DNA of 62,795 bases, counting the filler, from Hausera hauseri (Eukaryota): NCBI GenBank assembly GCA_046269625.1. It is 12 parts of 12 records of this genome, joined end to end, with 100 filler letters (N's around TTAATTAATTAA, not from the genome) between each part and the next. Parts side by side here need not be neighbours in the genome. Positions count along the whole stretch, not along the records: positions 19,575 to 26,822 come from JBJURY010027671.1; positions 26,923 to 31,616 come from JBJURY010472910.1; positions 31,717 to 36,600 come from JBJURY010403701.1; 9 more parts are not named here. One strand, 5' to 3'. The notes beneath the pieces were generated by a model. That model saw only the letters and a program-made list of their open reading frames with translations. It did not search any database and was not told where the DNA came from. Both the position numbers and the translations under genes were made by a program. This document shows positions 23,901 through 36,700 of this stretch, piece by piece (the first letter of the stretch is position 1; each line of letters begins with the position of its first letter).

Positions 23901-26550
23901 TTGATGCTTATTCAAAAGATTTGTGTACTAGCTTCCATAGGTATATCTTTGAATGAGAGTACTGAGGCAGCAGCAAACATGGAAAGGTGGATAGAATTAG
24001 CCACCCTATGTACGCTAGGCGTGGGTTGGAATAACAATAAGATATTTATTGCAAATGTAAGATGTTTTTCTTCAAAGCTAGCAGTAATATTTAAATAATG
24101 GCATTGTTTCATTTAATATTATGCATTTATCTTTTTTAGGCTTCAAAATAAAAATCATTATTTTATTTAAAAAAATATGCTTTATTGTTTTCTTTTTGTT
24201 TAACACATGTTGATGATGACCACTTAATCACTTAAGAACAATCACTTGGTGTACAGGTGGCTATGGAGAACTGTCTGCAGAATTTAACATATCTTCATTT
24301 TACAAGTTTTTTTTTTTACTGCCTTTATCATTTAAGTTATCAATTGAGCAGATTTTGTTTGCTGAAGTAAGAAAAGGATTTTTTTTAATACTCATGATAA
24401 AGGTTAAGAATTCTCTAAACATTCTTAGAAACTGTTTAAACTCTAGAAGTTACCTAATACTTAACCAAAATTCTTTGAGGTAACTCAGTAGCGCTCTGAT
24501 TTGTCGTTCACTTACAATAATTACTGATACAAAACTTAAATTTTCAAGACTGACAGTTTGTTGTACATGAAGATTATATTTATATTTTTTTTTTAAAACA
24601 TGTAGAAGTTCAATACAAAAAAATGATAGAACAAAATATTCTAAAATTATTTAGCTCTATCAAAATAATTTTCATAAAAAATAAAGCTGATTTTATTAAA
24701 ATATTTATCTTAAAGCAAATTTTCAATTTAACTCAGTGAAAATTTGAAAATGAAGATGGACTGTAGTAGTAGATTACATATGTAGACAATTTACATAGTA
24801 AATAGTACAAGTTGTACTATCAGAAGTCAAAGTCTTAAATAATAATAAATAATTACTATATGGGCCTCATCTATTTCAATAAAAAAAAAACATTATAAAA
24901 TGAGCCCATGCTTTGAGACTAAAAAATATAACTCCTCGGCTTCTATATGACCATTATTATGAGGTGGGAATGAGAATAAGAGGGCTGAGGAGGTAGGGGA
25001 TAATTAATAATTGGAATCTTAAAATAATCTCTGTTCAATATAGATCTAGGACTTCATTAGACATATGATAACAGGAGCATGCTACTTAGATATATATATT
25101 TTTAATTTCTTTAAGTACCTAGCTTCTACGACAAGTTTTAGAGAAGCAAGACTAATAAATAATTGGAAAGCAAGCTTGACTTAGATCTACTTTGATCTAC
25201 ATTCTAGATCTAGATCTATAGGCTATATTTTCCTAAATTTTTTCAAATATTTAAATTAAATCAATAGAGTGGAGTGAGATTATTTTTTTTCAAACTCCCT
25301 AAAATATGCGTAGCATGGTAATTAAATAATTCTATATTATTGCTATATGAATGGGTTGTGTTATTAAAACTATAATTCAATGGAATCTCTGCGTCATCAT
25401 GATGATACTAGATGATAGGCTACTAGATGATAGATCTATAAATTTATGAGTGAGACTCATGGTGTGATAATTGTTTAAATTAATTTGTTTCGAGTTAAGC
25501 GACCGTCTGTTAAAGCCACAACGATTTCAATAGAAAAAAAAAGTGTGTTAACAATTTTTTGATAAAGAATATGTTAAAGTTGTAAAGGTGTGTGTGTGTG
25601 TGTGTGGGGGGGTGATAATATGATATAATTATTATGTTGTTTTTTTTTACGATCGCGTAGTTTAGCTTCCCTGGAAATGACCATGACCTTTCTAAATATT
25701 TCGTAGGTCACGATCTGACCCGGAAACTATTAATAATTTCCAAACAATTTTAAGTAATTATTTGCTTTAAAATAAAGTGCTAGATCTACAGATATTTTAA
25801 GTTTTTAAATTTTTATATTTTTTTTTAGGAAATATTTTATGAAATTAAGTTTATCTCCTCAAATTTATTAAGAACTATTTTTGATAGCGCAACGATACAA
25901 TTTAAACAAACTATATTTAATTTTTTTGCATAAATAACTTTTAAAATATTACTTTCTGGTTTAGTCCCTCAATTTTTTTAAAAAATTAAATAAGCTATTT
26001 AGATAAACTTTATAATTAAGTTTAAAACTGATTTTATTCTGTATTTTTCTAATGTTTAAGTTAATACATCTATGATGTTTAATTTTCGAATTATTGTGCA
26101 CTGACATATATTCTCAAAGGGAAAATTGGGGGAAGTTGGACTTGTCCTTGCGATTATATGTATCGTTCAAACTAAGAGTAATTGTAGAATGTATAACTTT
26201 TAATGAAAGTATCGTTTCAGGACATATTTGCAACAATTTTCGGATCACCTATCTAATCATTCCCAAAATCAGTCATTCATTCACAAAATCACTTGTCACG
26301 AGTGACTATTCATTGATCAGTGCTAAGAAGCTATTTTTTTCTAACACATTCAGTCATAAGATGATAAAGAAAATAAAAAGAAAATAAAATTCTGTTTCGA
26401 GGTTTGTTTTTTTTTTTTTCGTAATTACTTTTATAATTTTAGTGATTTGTTCTAAAGATTGGGATTTAATTCTAGTGATTGACTGAATATTTTTTTTAAG
26501 CCTAGGACTCGGTAATATCTTGTCACTCACTCAATCTTGACCCATCTCTA

Positions 26551-26589
26551 GTAGGGGGTCCTTGTCTCAAAAAAGTTTGAGAACCTCTG
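26551..26589 (-). mobile_element. Terminus of a second hAT (Buster/Charlie-type) element
   Basis: The reverse complement reads CAGAGGTTCTCAAACTTTTTT, resembling Buster/Charlie TIRs (CAGNGGTTCTCAA). It starts immediately after the Ac-type right TIR. Confidence 0.5.
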
Positions 26590-26922
26590 AAATAAACCAT
26601 ACAATAATGGTTATTATTTCAGGATGAATATTTATCTTTGTCTTTTGAATAACATCTGAGCACATCCTAACCTATATTTTATTATTATTATTATTATTAT
26701 TATTTTACAATTATGTCGGCATTTTGCTGCGGGCCCCCTAAAATTGTTCCAATGACTCTAATGGGTCCACTGGCCCAGGGACATGGACTCCAATTTGTGC
26801 AAAACTTTTAATGAATTTTTCGNNNNNNNNNNNNNNNNNNNNNNNNNNNNNNNNNNNNNNNNNNNNTTAATTAATTAANNNNNNNNNNNNNNNNNNNNNN
26901 NNNNNNNNNNNNNNNNNNNNNN

Positions 26923-29900
26923 TTTAGATAATTTAAATCATAAGGTCTTTATTGTCCGGGCTATATTATATATTAGTCTTTCTTTCTCGGTTAATATGTA
27001 GCCCTGGAGTCCGGTATAATTGATTGTCCTAATTATGTCTTTCATTAACTCAATTAGTTCTTCGTTATCTAAACTCGGGGTTGGTACTGATAGTTGTCTC
27101 AACTCCCTAATCAGGTCTGAATTATAATTGATTTCTTTTATCCTTTTTTGGTCTTCCGAACGGTCATTTCGGTTTCATTGGTGGTAAGGTTTCACTTAGA
27201 AAGACTACGTTTTTATTGTGTTACGGGTTGTCATTATCAGTCTGTAAGTATTCGAAATACATTGCGGCATCTTGAATCCCCATGATTCTTCCAACGCAGT
27301 GCTCTGTATGCGCCCTTCTCATGGCTTTGTCTTTGGTCTACGCACTAACGATTATTGCTATTATTCGGTTTTCTTTGTGGGGTATAATCCCTACGTCTAT
27401 TAAGGATTATAGCTCGTCTAGTATCATGCCCTGAAATGAAGTTGGTAATTAACTTCTTTCCTACTATCCTTATCCATTATCCGTTGTTTTATAGCCCCAA
27501 CGGTGGTATAGGTAGTACATTCAAATTCCTCGTCGCCCATTCCTTTGGGTGATACCTGCACTTTAATTTCCGCTTCCGATTTATTTCTCAATAGTTTAGC
27601 GTATTCTCATATTAGAAGTTTGGGTACGGCGCTGTATGCGGTATTTTCACTGGATAGCTTAGTCAAAGTTGGAATCAATTTCCTTAACTTATCTTCACTT
27701 ATGTTTATTTTCAATACACCGCTCAATTCCTTTTCATCTAGCACAGGATCAAGTAGCATTTGCACTTCAAATTTCGTCTTCTTGGCACCAGGAGGTGACT
27801 CATAAATTTGTACTGGGGTTCGTTGACTTTACTCGGTTAACCCTTGGAGATATTCATCCCACTCGGCATCATTATCTGCATCAGGTAACTCGTAGGTCAT
27901 TAGTGCCGCATGTCCAACCTGGACTCTTTCGCGTAGTTATTTTATCTGCGGTGGTAATGTTTTCATTACGGATACCCTAAATCCGTCTCCGTTTCCGCAT
28001 ACTTATTGTATCAATGTTATTAATCGGCACATTTCTTCTGGTTGTATCAGAGCTTTCTCTTGATAGCTAGTTATTTCTGCGATTCTGTCTCTTTGCCATC
28101 TCTATGAATTCCATTTTGTCATTCATTTCGGATTCCATAAGAGAGTATTTGTTTTTATAGACTTCTGTTTCCCTCAATAATTCATTTAGTTCGCGCTGTC
28201 TTTTCTCGGAGTGTAACCGGGTTTCTTTTATCAGACGTATTCGATTTAGTAGTCGTTTCGCTACTACTTCGTCAACTTCTGCCATTTCTGTTAATAATAG
28301 AAATAATTTATGCGTCCGATTTAATACTTCGGCGTCCGGGTCTATTGCGTCCTTTAGCCTGCTTATAAACTTGGCTTCATCGCTCGTCAACTGAGGATCA
28401 TTTCTAATTTCTTTTAGTTCGGTATGGCAATGTAGGTCAAAACCTGGTGTCCATTTGCTGGATTCTGTAAATATTGTAGTTTTTACGCCAGGGCAATCCG
28501 GTGACCGTTACGTACTTCCAATGTTTCTACCTCTTCTGCTGAGATTTCCTTCAACGGTTTCTGTATTAGGTTCCCTTCCCAACGGATGTTCGCTAAACTT
28601 CGCTGAAGATTACTTAGCTTGTTTCTTTTTCTGTAAAATTCCTTCTCCTCTATCATACTGTATATTTCTGTTAACGTTGTCAGATCTTGATTCTGGCTCA
28701 TAAACTTCAATTATCGGAATGATTCGAATTTAGTTCGCAATTTCGCTTTGTCTTCCATTGTACCAATATCCAGTAACATTTCCTCCAATTGGTGTCTCAT
28801 TATAGGCTCAGCCACAGCGAATTCTCTTAGTCTTTCATTTATTATCCCGGCTATGGAAGGTAACAAGTCTATCCACTTCCTTAATTGTTCCGATATTGCC
28901 GGTTTAGCATAGATTATTTCGTTTAACGTCTCGAGAGCTTCTTTTAGTTTGTGATCTGGTCCTCGTACTAATTCTATGATTTGTTTTATATAGTTGAATT
29001 CGTCTTTATATTCATCTAATTCGAGAAGGCAAGCGCGTATTATTCTCTGCTTCTACCTTTTTAGAGTGAACTACATCGATCCTTAAGTCGTTGATTTTGG
29101 TTCGTTTTTCATTTTCTCTTTTAATGCGTATTTCCAAATCTAGATATTATCGAGGGCTATCCTTTATCAGGCTGCACATTGCTATTAAAGAGGGAATATC
29201 AGCTGGGTCTATACCCAATATTTCTATATCAGCATTAGTCAATTCATATACTGGCTTTTTGTGAATGTGAGAAGTTATTGCGTCTTTGATCTCATGTATC
29301 AATCCCTCTAAATTACGTCTTACGCGTTTCAGTTTTGTGTTGCCCTTTAGTATGTTCAATAGTCCTTGCGCTTGATTAACCTGATCGAAGAACGGTTCAT
29401 TTTTATTCCACCATACTTTCGTAAAATCGATCCCACTCCTTGTCCACAGTTCCAATTTATTTTGCCAGCTTTCTATCAAGTCTTGCGGCCTCCTGGAGTT
29501 CGCGAAGTGTGTTTTCCTCTTTTGTAAGGCCGGTTTTAAGCTTTTTATATAGCTTTTCTATGAATTGCTGTTCTTTTCCGGAGATATCCAACTGCTTGCT
29601 CATTTGTTGGAGTTTTTGCATGCTCTCATGTAGCCTTCCAGGATCATTCGGTGTGTCTCTTATTTTATTTAGTTCATTTGCATTTTTCCAGGATTTTCTA
29701 ATCTTCCCAAATTTAATAGATGTTTCCTCTTCTGGTTCCTCTTCACTAGGTGGTAACGGACATATTTCATTAATTTCGTCGATATTCGAAGTACTTGCCA
29801 TTTCCGGAACGCCTCGGTTTATCACAGGAGTATTTAATTCCGAAGTCTTCTTTTTCTAATTCCTTTTTAATAAGGGATCGTGAACGACTTCCCGACATTC

Positions 29901-31616
29901 TCCTAAGAGAAGGGCTTCTACCTCTATTTTTGGTTATTTTAAGTATTAATGGACCAATAAATTCGCTCTCAACCTCGTCTGTTGTTTTGTCCTTATTCTG
30001 AGACGCGACCTCAGTGTCTGCGTCCAAGTGTACACTTGAAGGCGTAGTCTGCTTTTCTTCTTTCTCCTCTTTCGTTGCTTGATTTAGGTTTTTCTTTCTG
30101 GCCATGTTATTATTCCTAGGTGCTATAGCATTCTCGTATTCCGTTTTTGGTTCTCTCAATCCATGATAAACTTCCATTAGTTGCAATTTTTCTTCGTACT
30201 CCTTTCTAGCCTTGATTACCTGTGGATTATTGCATTCGCTCATATTTCTTATATACCTTCGTAGGTCTTGCATCTCGATAATCATGCTTATGTCACTTCG
30301 TTTCCCATATATTCCTTCTAAATTATCCTTTATCGTGCTAGCCTTAGTGGTTTTTGAAAATAATACACTCCGTGGGTTAGGGCACGATCTAGCTATATGT
30401 CCTTCCTTATCGTATGAGTAATAAATCAGATTCCCGTCTCGACCAATCCTTTGTCGTCCGTCTTCATTTAATGGTGATTTGGGTCTACCCGTTATTTTGT
30501 TTTTAGTTGGTTGAGCTTGCTTATCGATTCCGTTATTTCTATTTTCGAAATTTTGATTATCTATATATCGATTCTTATTACTTCGGTCATTATTTTGGTT
30601 CCTATCGGAAATATAACCTGTTTTATTATACGGATTATATGTGTTCCGATTATCACTAAAGTTTCTATTGTCATATCTCAATGCGGTTAATAGCATTTTG
30701 AGCTCTATTCTCATAGCCTCGGTCTTTATTATTGTCATTAAATCTTCTATTGTTTCGGTTTCTATCCTGATTTTTGCGATCGTTATTTCGGTCATATCTA
30801 TCACTCTTTAGCGTATCTATCTAGTGCCATTTCTAGGTTCTGTGCTAACTGTGGTGCAGTCTCGAAATTATCTGGTCGAGCTAAAATCAATTGATTAACT
30901 GAGTCTCTGGACCATATACCGTTATCAATTGCGTTGTCATCATGACATCTAAATTTGGTGGGCTGGCTTTTTCTGCCGCTTCGCGTTCCGCTTCTATTTT
31001 TGTCTTCGCCGCATTGGCTATCCTTAATATACTCACGTAACTATTAGTAAGCTTCTTTAGTGCGAACGCAAATNNNNNNNNNNTGGTGTCACCGTCGGCA
31101 ATAGTTTACGATTCAGGGCTCCTACTACAGAGGACCACGATTCCTTTTCGTCATTAGTAAGTTCGCTATAAGCATCGTTTAATCATAACCTCGGGCGCAA
31201 GGCTGGCACCTTCCGCGTGCAATTTGTATGTTCTTAAAAAGTCATTTAAACCGTCTGGATCTTTATAATATTACGGTAAGTTCAACCAATCGAACTTATA
31301 AATATCAAGTTTCTGTGCTATAGCTGGATTATCAGCTGCCATCTTTATTTTATTCGGTTTATCTACTTTATCAATTCTATGAGGAGCTTTAAATTCTTTC
31401 GCGAGAGTTAGTTCATTGTCGGATAAACCGTGTTTGTCTATTACTTTGTCGTCAATATAGAGTTTATTCCGTGTTTCTCTTTTATTAAGTTTCTCTGTAC
31501 CGTTTACTAATAAGTTTTGACACGAGTTGAATCTATCAATGTGTGCTCTCTAATTAGTTTTTACTTAATTCCATTTCTAACCACTTATAATCCCAAGTTT
31601 AAACTCTTTACTCGAA
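26923..31616 (-). mobile_element. Env-in-polyprotein retroelement, copy 1 (most divergent): Gag start through UBL/AT-hook; decayed
   Basis: MAADNPAIAQKLDIYKFDWLNLP*YYKDPDGLNDFLRTYKLHAEGASLAPEVMIKR (ATG at 31342), N/R/D-rich tract, degenerate knuckle YYSYDKEGHIARSC, LILKITKNRGRSP, EILGIDP, DAIDPD and DAAMYFEYLQTD. All are collinear with the other three copies. Confidence 0.85.
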
Positions 31617-31716
31617 NNNNNNNNNNNNNNNNNNNNNNNNNNNNNNNNNNNNNNNNNNNNTTAATTAATTAANNNNNNNNNNNNNNNNNNNNNNNNNNNN
31701 NNNNNNNNNNNNNNNN

Positions 31717-34700
31717 CATACGATGGTGATCCGGACGGGTTAAATTAATTATTGAGAACTTATAAATTGCACGCAGAAGGTGACAGTCTTACTTTCGAAA
31801 TGACGATTAAACGTTTGACGTTATATTTGAAGAATTTAGCCGCTGATGCTTATAGCGAGCTCACTAATGATGAGAAGAAATCTTGGTCCTTCCCGGTAGG
31901 AGCATTAAACCGTAAATTATTGCCGACAGTAACGCCATAACAGAAGCTTATGGCATTTCAAAATAGAATGCAACAGAAGGGTAAATCGGTAACCCACTTT
32001 ACATTTGCATTGAAGAAACTCGCCAATAGTTACGTAAGTACCTTGAAAATAGTTAATGTAGCAAAAGCTAAAACAGACGCAGAACGAGATGCTGCGGAAA
32101 AAGCAACCCCGCCAGATTTGGACGTCATGATGACAACTCAATTAATTAATGGTATTTGGTCCCAAGACTTAATTAAACAGTTGACTTTGGCCAGACCGGA
32201 GAATTTCGAGAAAACTCTGCAATTGGCGCAAGACTTAGAAATGGCACTTGATAAATATGCCAGACACAACGATAGAAATGATCAAAATAATGATCGAAAT
32301 GACCGTAATGATAGAAATCGGAATGACAATCGTGGAATAGATGATAGACGATTTAATGGAAATAGAAATTATGAAAACAGAAATAATAATAATGACTACA
32401 GGAATAGTCGAAACAACAGTTATGCTAATTGCCGAAATATGAATAATTCAAATTCGAATAGAATCCGAGGAAACTACAAAAGTTCTAACTATCTAAATCA
32501 TGATGATAATAATCGAAATAATGATAGTCGAAGAAATGTAGATAGTATATAAAGTTTGCCGAATCAGTACAATAGAAGTATAAATAGGTCCAAGTCACCT
32601 GTGAAAGAAGACGGTCGACAAAGAGACGGCAGAAATGGAAATTTAATTTGTTTTACTTGCAATAAAGAAAGGCATGTTGCAAGGTCATGTCCCAATCCGC
32701 GTATCGTTTCATTTACTCAGCCTAATAAGACTAGTATGATTAAAGTTAATGAAAACTTAGAAGCAAAGTATGGTGTTCGTGGAGATACAGGTACTATTAT
32801 CGACATACAAGACTTGCGAAAATTTCTAGATGCTCAAGCTGAAACTAATCCACAAATTTTGATGGCTAAAAAAGATATGGAGATAAGCTAAGACTATAAG
32901 AAGTGTATCATGGTTTGGCAGAACCAGAAACTGAATATGAGTATGCGATGGCACCCAAGCGAATTGATATGATACGAAAAAAGTGTTCCGACGAGTAATA
33001 AAACAGCATATAAACAAGGAACTTTGAAAGAAGTCGACTTAGATGCAGACCCCGAGTTCACAGTTGAAAAGGTAGATAAGATTACCGAAGACGATATAGC
33101 TGAAAAAGAATTCATGGAGCCATTAATACTTAAAATTACGAAAAATAGAGGCCGCAGCCCCTTATTGGAAACGAAACGTAGAAGTCGTTCACGTTTGCAA
33201 GTAACTAGAGAGAAAATAAAAGAAACGAAAAATACGAACATCGCTGTAGAGAGCGACGTAGAGCCTAGCTTAAATAATCCAGAAATTGGTCCATTCACAC
33301 CTATCGAGGTAAAAGAATCTTTAGAATCAATTAACAAAATTAACAAGATTTGCCCACTTCCCATTAGTGAGGAAGAAACGGGAAATGGTCATGATTTTGA
33401 TCCAAGAAAGTGGAAAGTCCGACGTTGGTGGAAAAACGCCGATGAATTAAAGAAAATGAGAATTAGATGCCACGATCTAGAAATATTACAACGGAATTTA
33501 GAAAGGCTTAAGCAGATTAGCGAACAAGTAGATATATCTGGTAAAGAGCAACAATTTGCTGAGAGGTTATATAAAAGTTTAAAATTATGTAGTAAAGGAA
33601 AGCTCGATGAAGCAATCGACTTAGGACAACCTGAAGATGTACCACCTGAAACGTTGCTAAAATGGAAGCGTGAATTAGAATCATGGATTAAAAGTGGAGT
33701 CGAATTTTCGGAAGGATGGAGTAAAAATGAAGATAGTGTTGATGTAAAAGTCGCTAAAGTTCAGACGTTACTGTCTACTTTAGAAGCAAACCCAAAACTG
33801 AAGAGAGTAGCCCGTAATTTAGAGCGTATGATGGATGAAATTCGTTGTGCCATGATCAATCGGCTTAGAGAAAAACCGGTTAGCATTCGAAGTGATATCA
33901 ATTTAGAAATATTGGGTATAGACCCAGTAGATATTCCGCCCTTAATGGAGATGATACAAATCGCCTTTGCTGTACCCAAGCAATATACGAACTAAGAGAA
34001 TCGTATTAAATGGAAAATGAATGTGAACACAAATCTGCAGTTTGAGAAACCGAATTATGTTTTTAAATAACGAAGAAACCAAATACGTAATAAAAGCTTG
34101 TATCGTAGAATTTGATGAATATAAGCATGAGTTTAGTTATGTTGGCCGGATTATGAATTTCATAAAGGGTCCAGACGATGAATTAAAGGATGCATATAAA
34201 ATGCTAGATAAGGCCATATTGGCGAAGCTAATAATCGCCAATCAATTGTCGGAATGGTCCGAATTAGTAGTGAGATTATGAAAATTAGTGGAAGATCGTA
34301 GAAAAGAATTTCCAGAAAGCGAGCCTTCTATAAGGAAACAATTAGAAGAAAGTGCACGTAACTTAGATTCAATAAAAACGGAAATAGATATTTGCACTCA
34401 ATTCGAAGCATTACGACAATTAAATTTTATGAAGAAGAAGCAAGAAGTAATGATACTGGAAGAGATTTATAAAATGATGGAAGAAACAAACTTTACAGAG
34501 AAGCGAAATGACTTTCAATTTCTACCCAAGATTAAGAAACGTCCGACTAAAAGGAGTCCAACATTTAACAGATAAACTTATCGACGAAATTTCGATCCAA
34601 GATATCGAAACCTTAGATATTTGTCCAGAAAATAGAACAGTTTTAGAGGAAGGAATAAAATTTTTGCATGAACCACAAGAATGGATGGCCGGAACAGATC

Positions 34701-36600
34701 AGAATTGCTATACCGAGTTGACGAAAATAAGAAACGACCAACATCTTAGTTTTGAAGAGTCTAAGTTCGTAAAGAAATTACTCGATGCTATAGATCCCGA
34801 CTCAAAGTTCACTAATGAGATGTACGAGTTAGCTTTTCTCTTAGTAGAAATGGCAGAAATTAATGATGAGATGAGACAATTGATGCCAAAATTACGATAA
34901 GTTGAAGAAACATGCATCAGGACTAAACAAAGAGCAACCAAGTTAGACGAACTAATGAAGGAGTTCGAAGTCTATGGGAACAAATATACTTTTACCGAGT
35001 CAGAAATCAAAAATAAACGTGAATTTGTACAAAGATGGCAAAGATATGTAACTATTGAACTAACTGATTATCACCAAAAAGGACTCATCAATTCTAATGT
35101 ATTAGGCGAATTAGTGAAAATGATTCAATATGCCTGTGGAAATGGAATAGGTATCCGAACTACGCAGATGAAAGAAATACAACCGACACTTAAAGAAATT
35201 CGAGAGAATGTACAAAGGGCGCATACAACGTTAGTAGACTATGGACTTCTAGACGTTGGAAATGAACCGGAATGGGATGCGTACTTAGATGCACTAACGA
35301 CTGAGAATCCTGTGACTCCAGTACAGCTAAATGAAATAGAAACGTGTCCGCAGAACAGGAGATTCAATGTGGAGATGCCCCTGGATTCAGCGCTAACTGA
35401 AAAAGATTTAATTGAATTAATTAACGTAAATATTACCGAAAGTAAGTCAAGACAACTTATTCCGACCTTGATTGAATTATCTATTGAGAACACTACAGCG
35501 CGGTGTCGAAACTTTTGATAAGGAAATATGCTAAAATCTTGAGGGCTAAACCTGAAGTAGCGATGAAGGTAATGGTATCATCCGAGTGGATGGATGAAAA
35601 AGAATGTGAGTCAACTACGTATTCTTATGTAAGGAACGTAAGAGAATGATTAATAAATAATGGTGGAACAAACGAGTTAAACTATAGATTCTACTTTAGA
35701 GGTAGAATACTGGACGAATTAGAACAGTTAATAGATGTTGGAATTATCCCCGGCGAAGCAAATCGAATAGTCGTGATAATAGCCAATGAACAGACTAAAG
35801 AAGAAGCCACGCGTAAGGCTAAGACAGACCAATGCGTAGGACAAATCATGGGAGTCCGAGACGCTGCAATGTATTTCGAGTATTTACAAACGGATGATGA
35901 TAAGGAACAATACGATAAGAATTGAGTGTAACTGAGTGAAACGATAACCAATGTCCCAAGGCCGAAACGCCCAGTCGGTAGGCCTAAGAAGACGCTAGAA
36001 GAAGCTGACTATAATGGTGAATTGATTAGAGAATTGAGACAGATGTCGATTCTTACCTTCACCACAGACAATGAAGAATTTAATACGAATCATAAATTAT
36101 TTAAGCCTTCGAGGTGACATATTGGATGATAAAGAGAAGGCGATATTCAATGCAGCTAGGATGATGAAAAGTTCACGTTTCAAACTATCAAAAGGTAACT
36201 TAACCGATGAATCGGTAATCGAAAAAATCATTGTGGAAAACACCACTGAAGAATTAAGAAAAATATTACTATACTTCGCTATCAAAATAAACCCTAATCG
36301 AGAGAATGAAATTAATAGAGCTACAAGCTTAGCACGAAGAGCGGCGAGAAAGCTACCCTGCGAGTTAAATTGGTCGAGATTATTCGACAAGGGAGAAGAC
36401 AAACGGTTCGGTAATAGTAATAGACTCGAAGATACGTTATATAATTTGACAACGACGGATAATAGAAATCGGAATAATGAATCAAATTGGTTAATCAACT
36501 TACTCACCTTGATGATGCTAATAAAGCAAATAGGTGCTGTTACCGTCTATGACTGCGATAAGTTTAAACTAGGACAGAAGTGCTCTCGAATGGATTTAGA
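31717..36600 (+). mobile_element. Env-in-polyprotein retroelement, copy 2: Gag, CCHC, helical region, UBL, AT-hook, signal peptide, glycoprotein start; decayed
   Basis: Retrotransposon Gag capsid (YDGDPDGL...LRTYK...LYLKNLAADAY...QQKGKSVTHFTFALKKL...QLINGI). Knuckle CFTCNKERHVARSC at 32649-32690. UBL FYFRGRILDELEQLIDVGI at ~35560-35790. KRPVGRPKK at ~35965-35991. Hydrophobic NWLINLLTLMMLIKQIGA followed by VTVYDC. Confidence 0.88.
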
Positions 36601-36700
36601 NNNNNNNNNNNNNNNNNNNNNNNNNNNNNNNNNNNNNNNNNNNNTTAATTAATTAANNNNNNNNNNNNNNNNNNNNNNNNNNNNNNNNNNNNNNNNNNNN

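Larger units (their letters stand above)
19691..26550 (+). mobile_element. hAT (Ac-type) DNA transposon, ~6.9 kb, probably autonomous
   Basis: TIR TAGAGATGGG (19691-19700) and CCCATCTCTA (26541-26550). Shared subterminal motifs AATCAGTCATTCATTCA and GTATCGTT near both ends. Internal intact transposase ORF. No matching 8-bp TSD. Confidence 0.8.

Noticed and set aside
26923-36600. Copies 1 and 2 as one giant inverted repeat or divergent gene pair
   Set aside because: They are separated by an artificial linker and are considerably diverged; their adjacency is not biological evidence.
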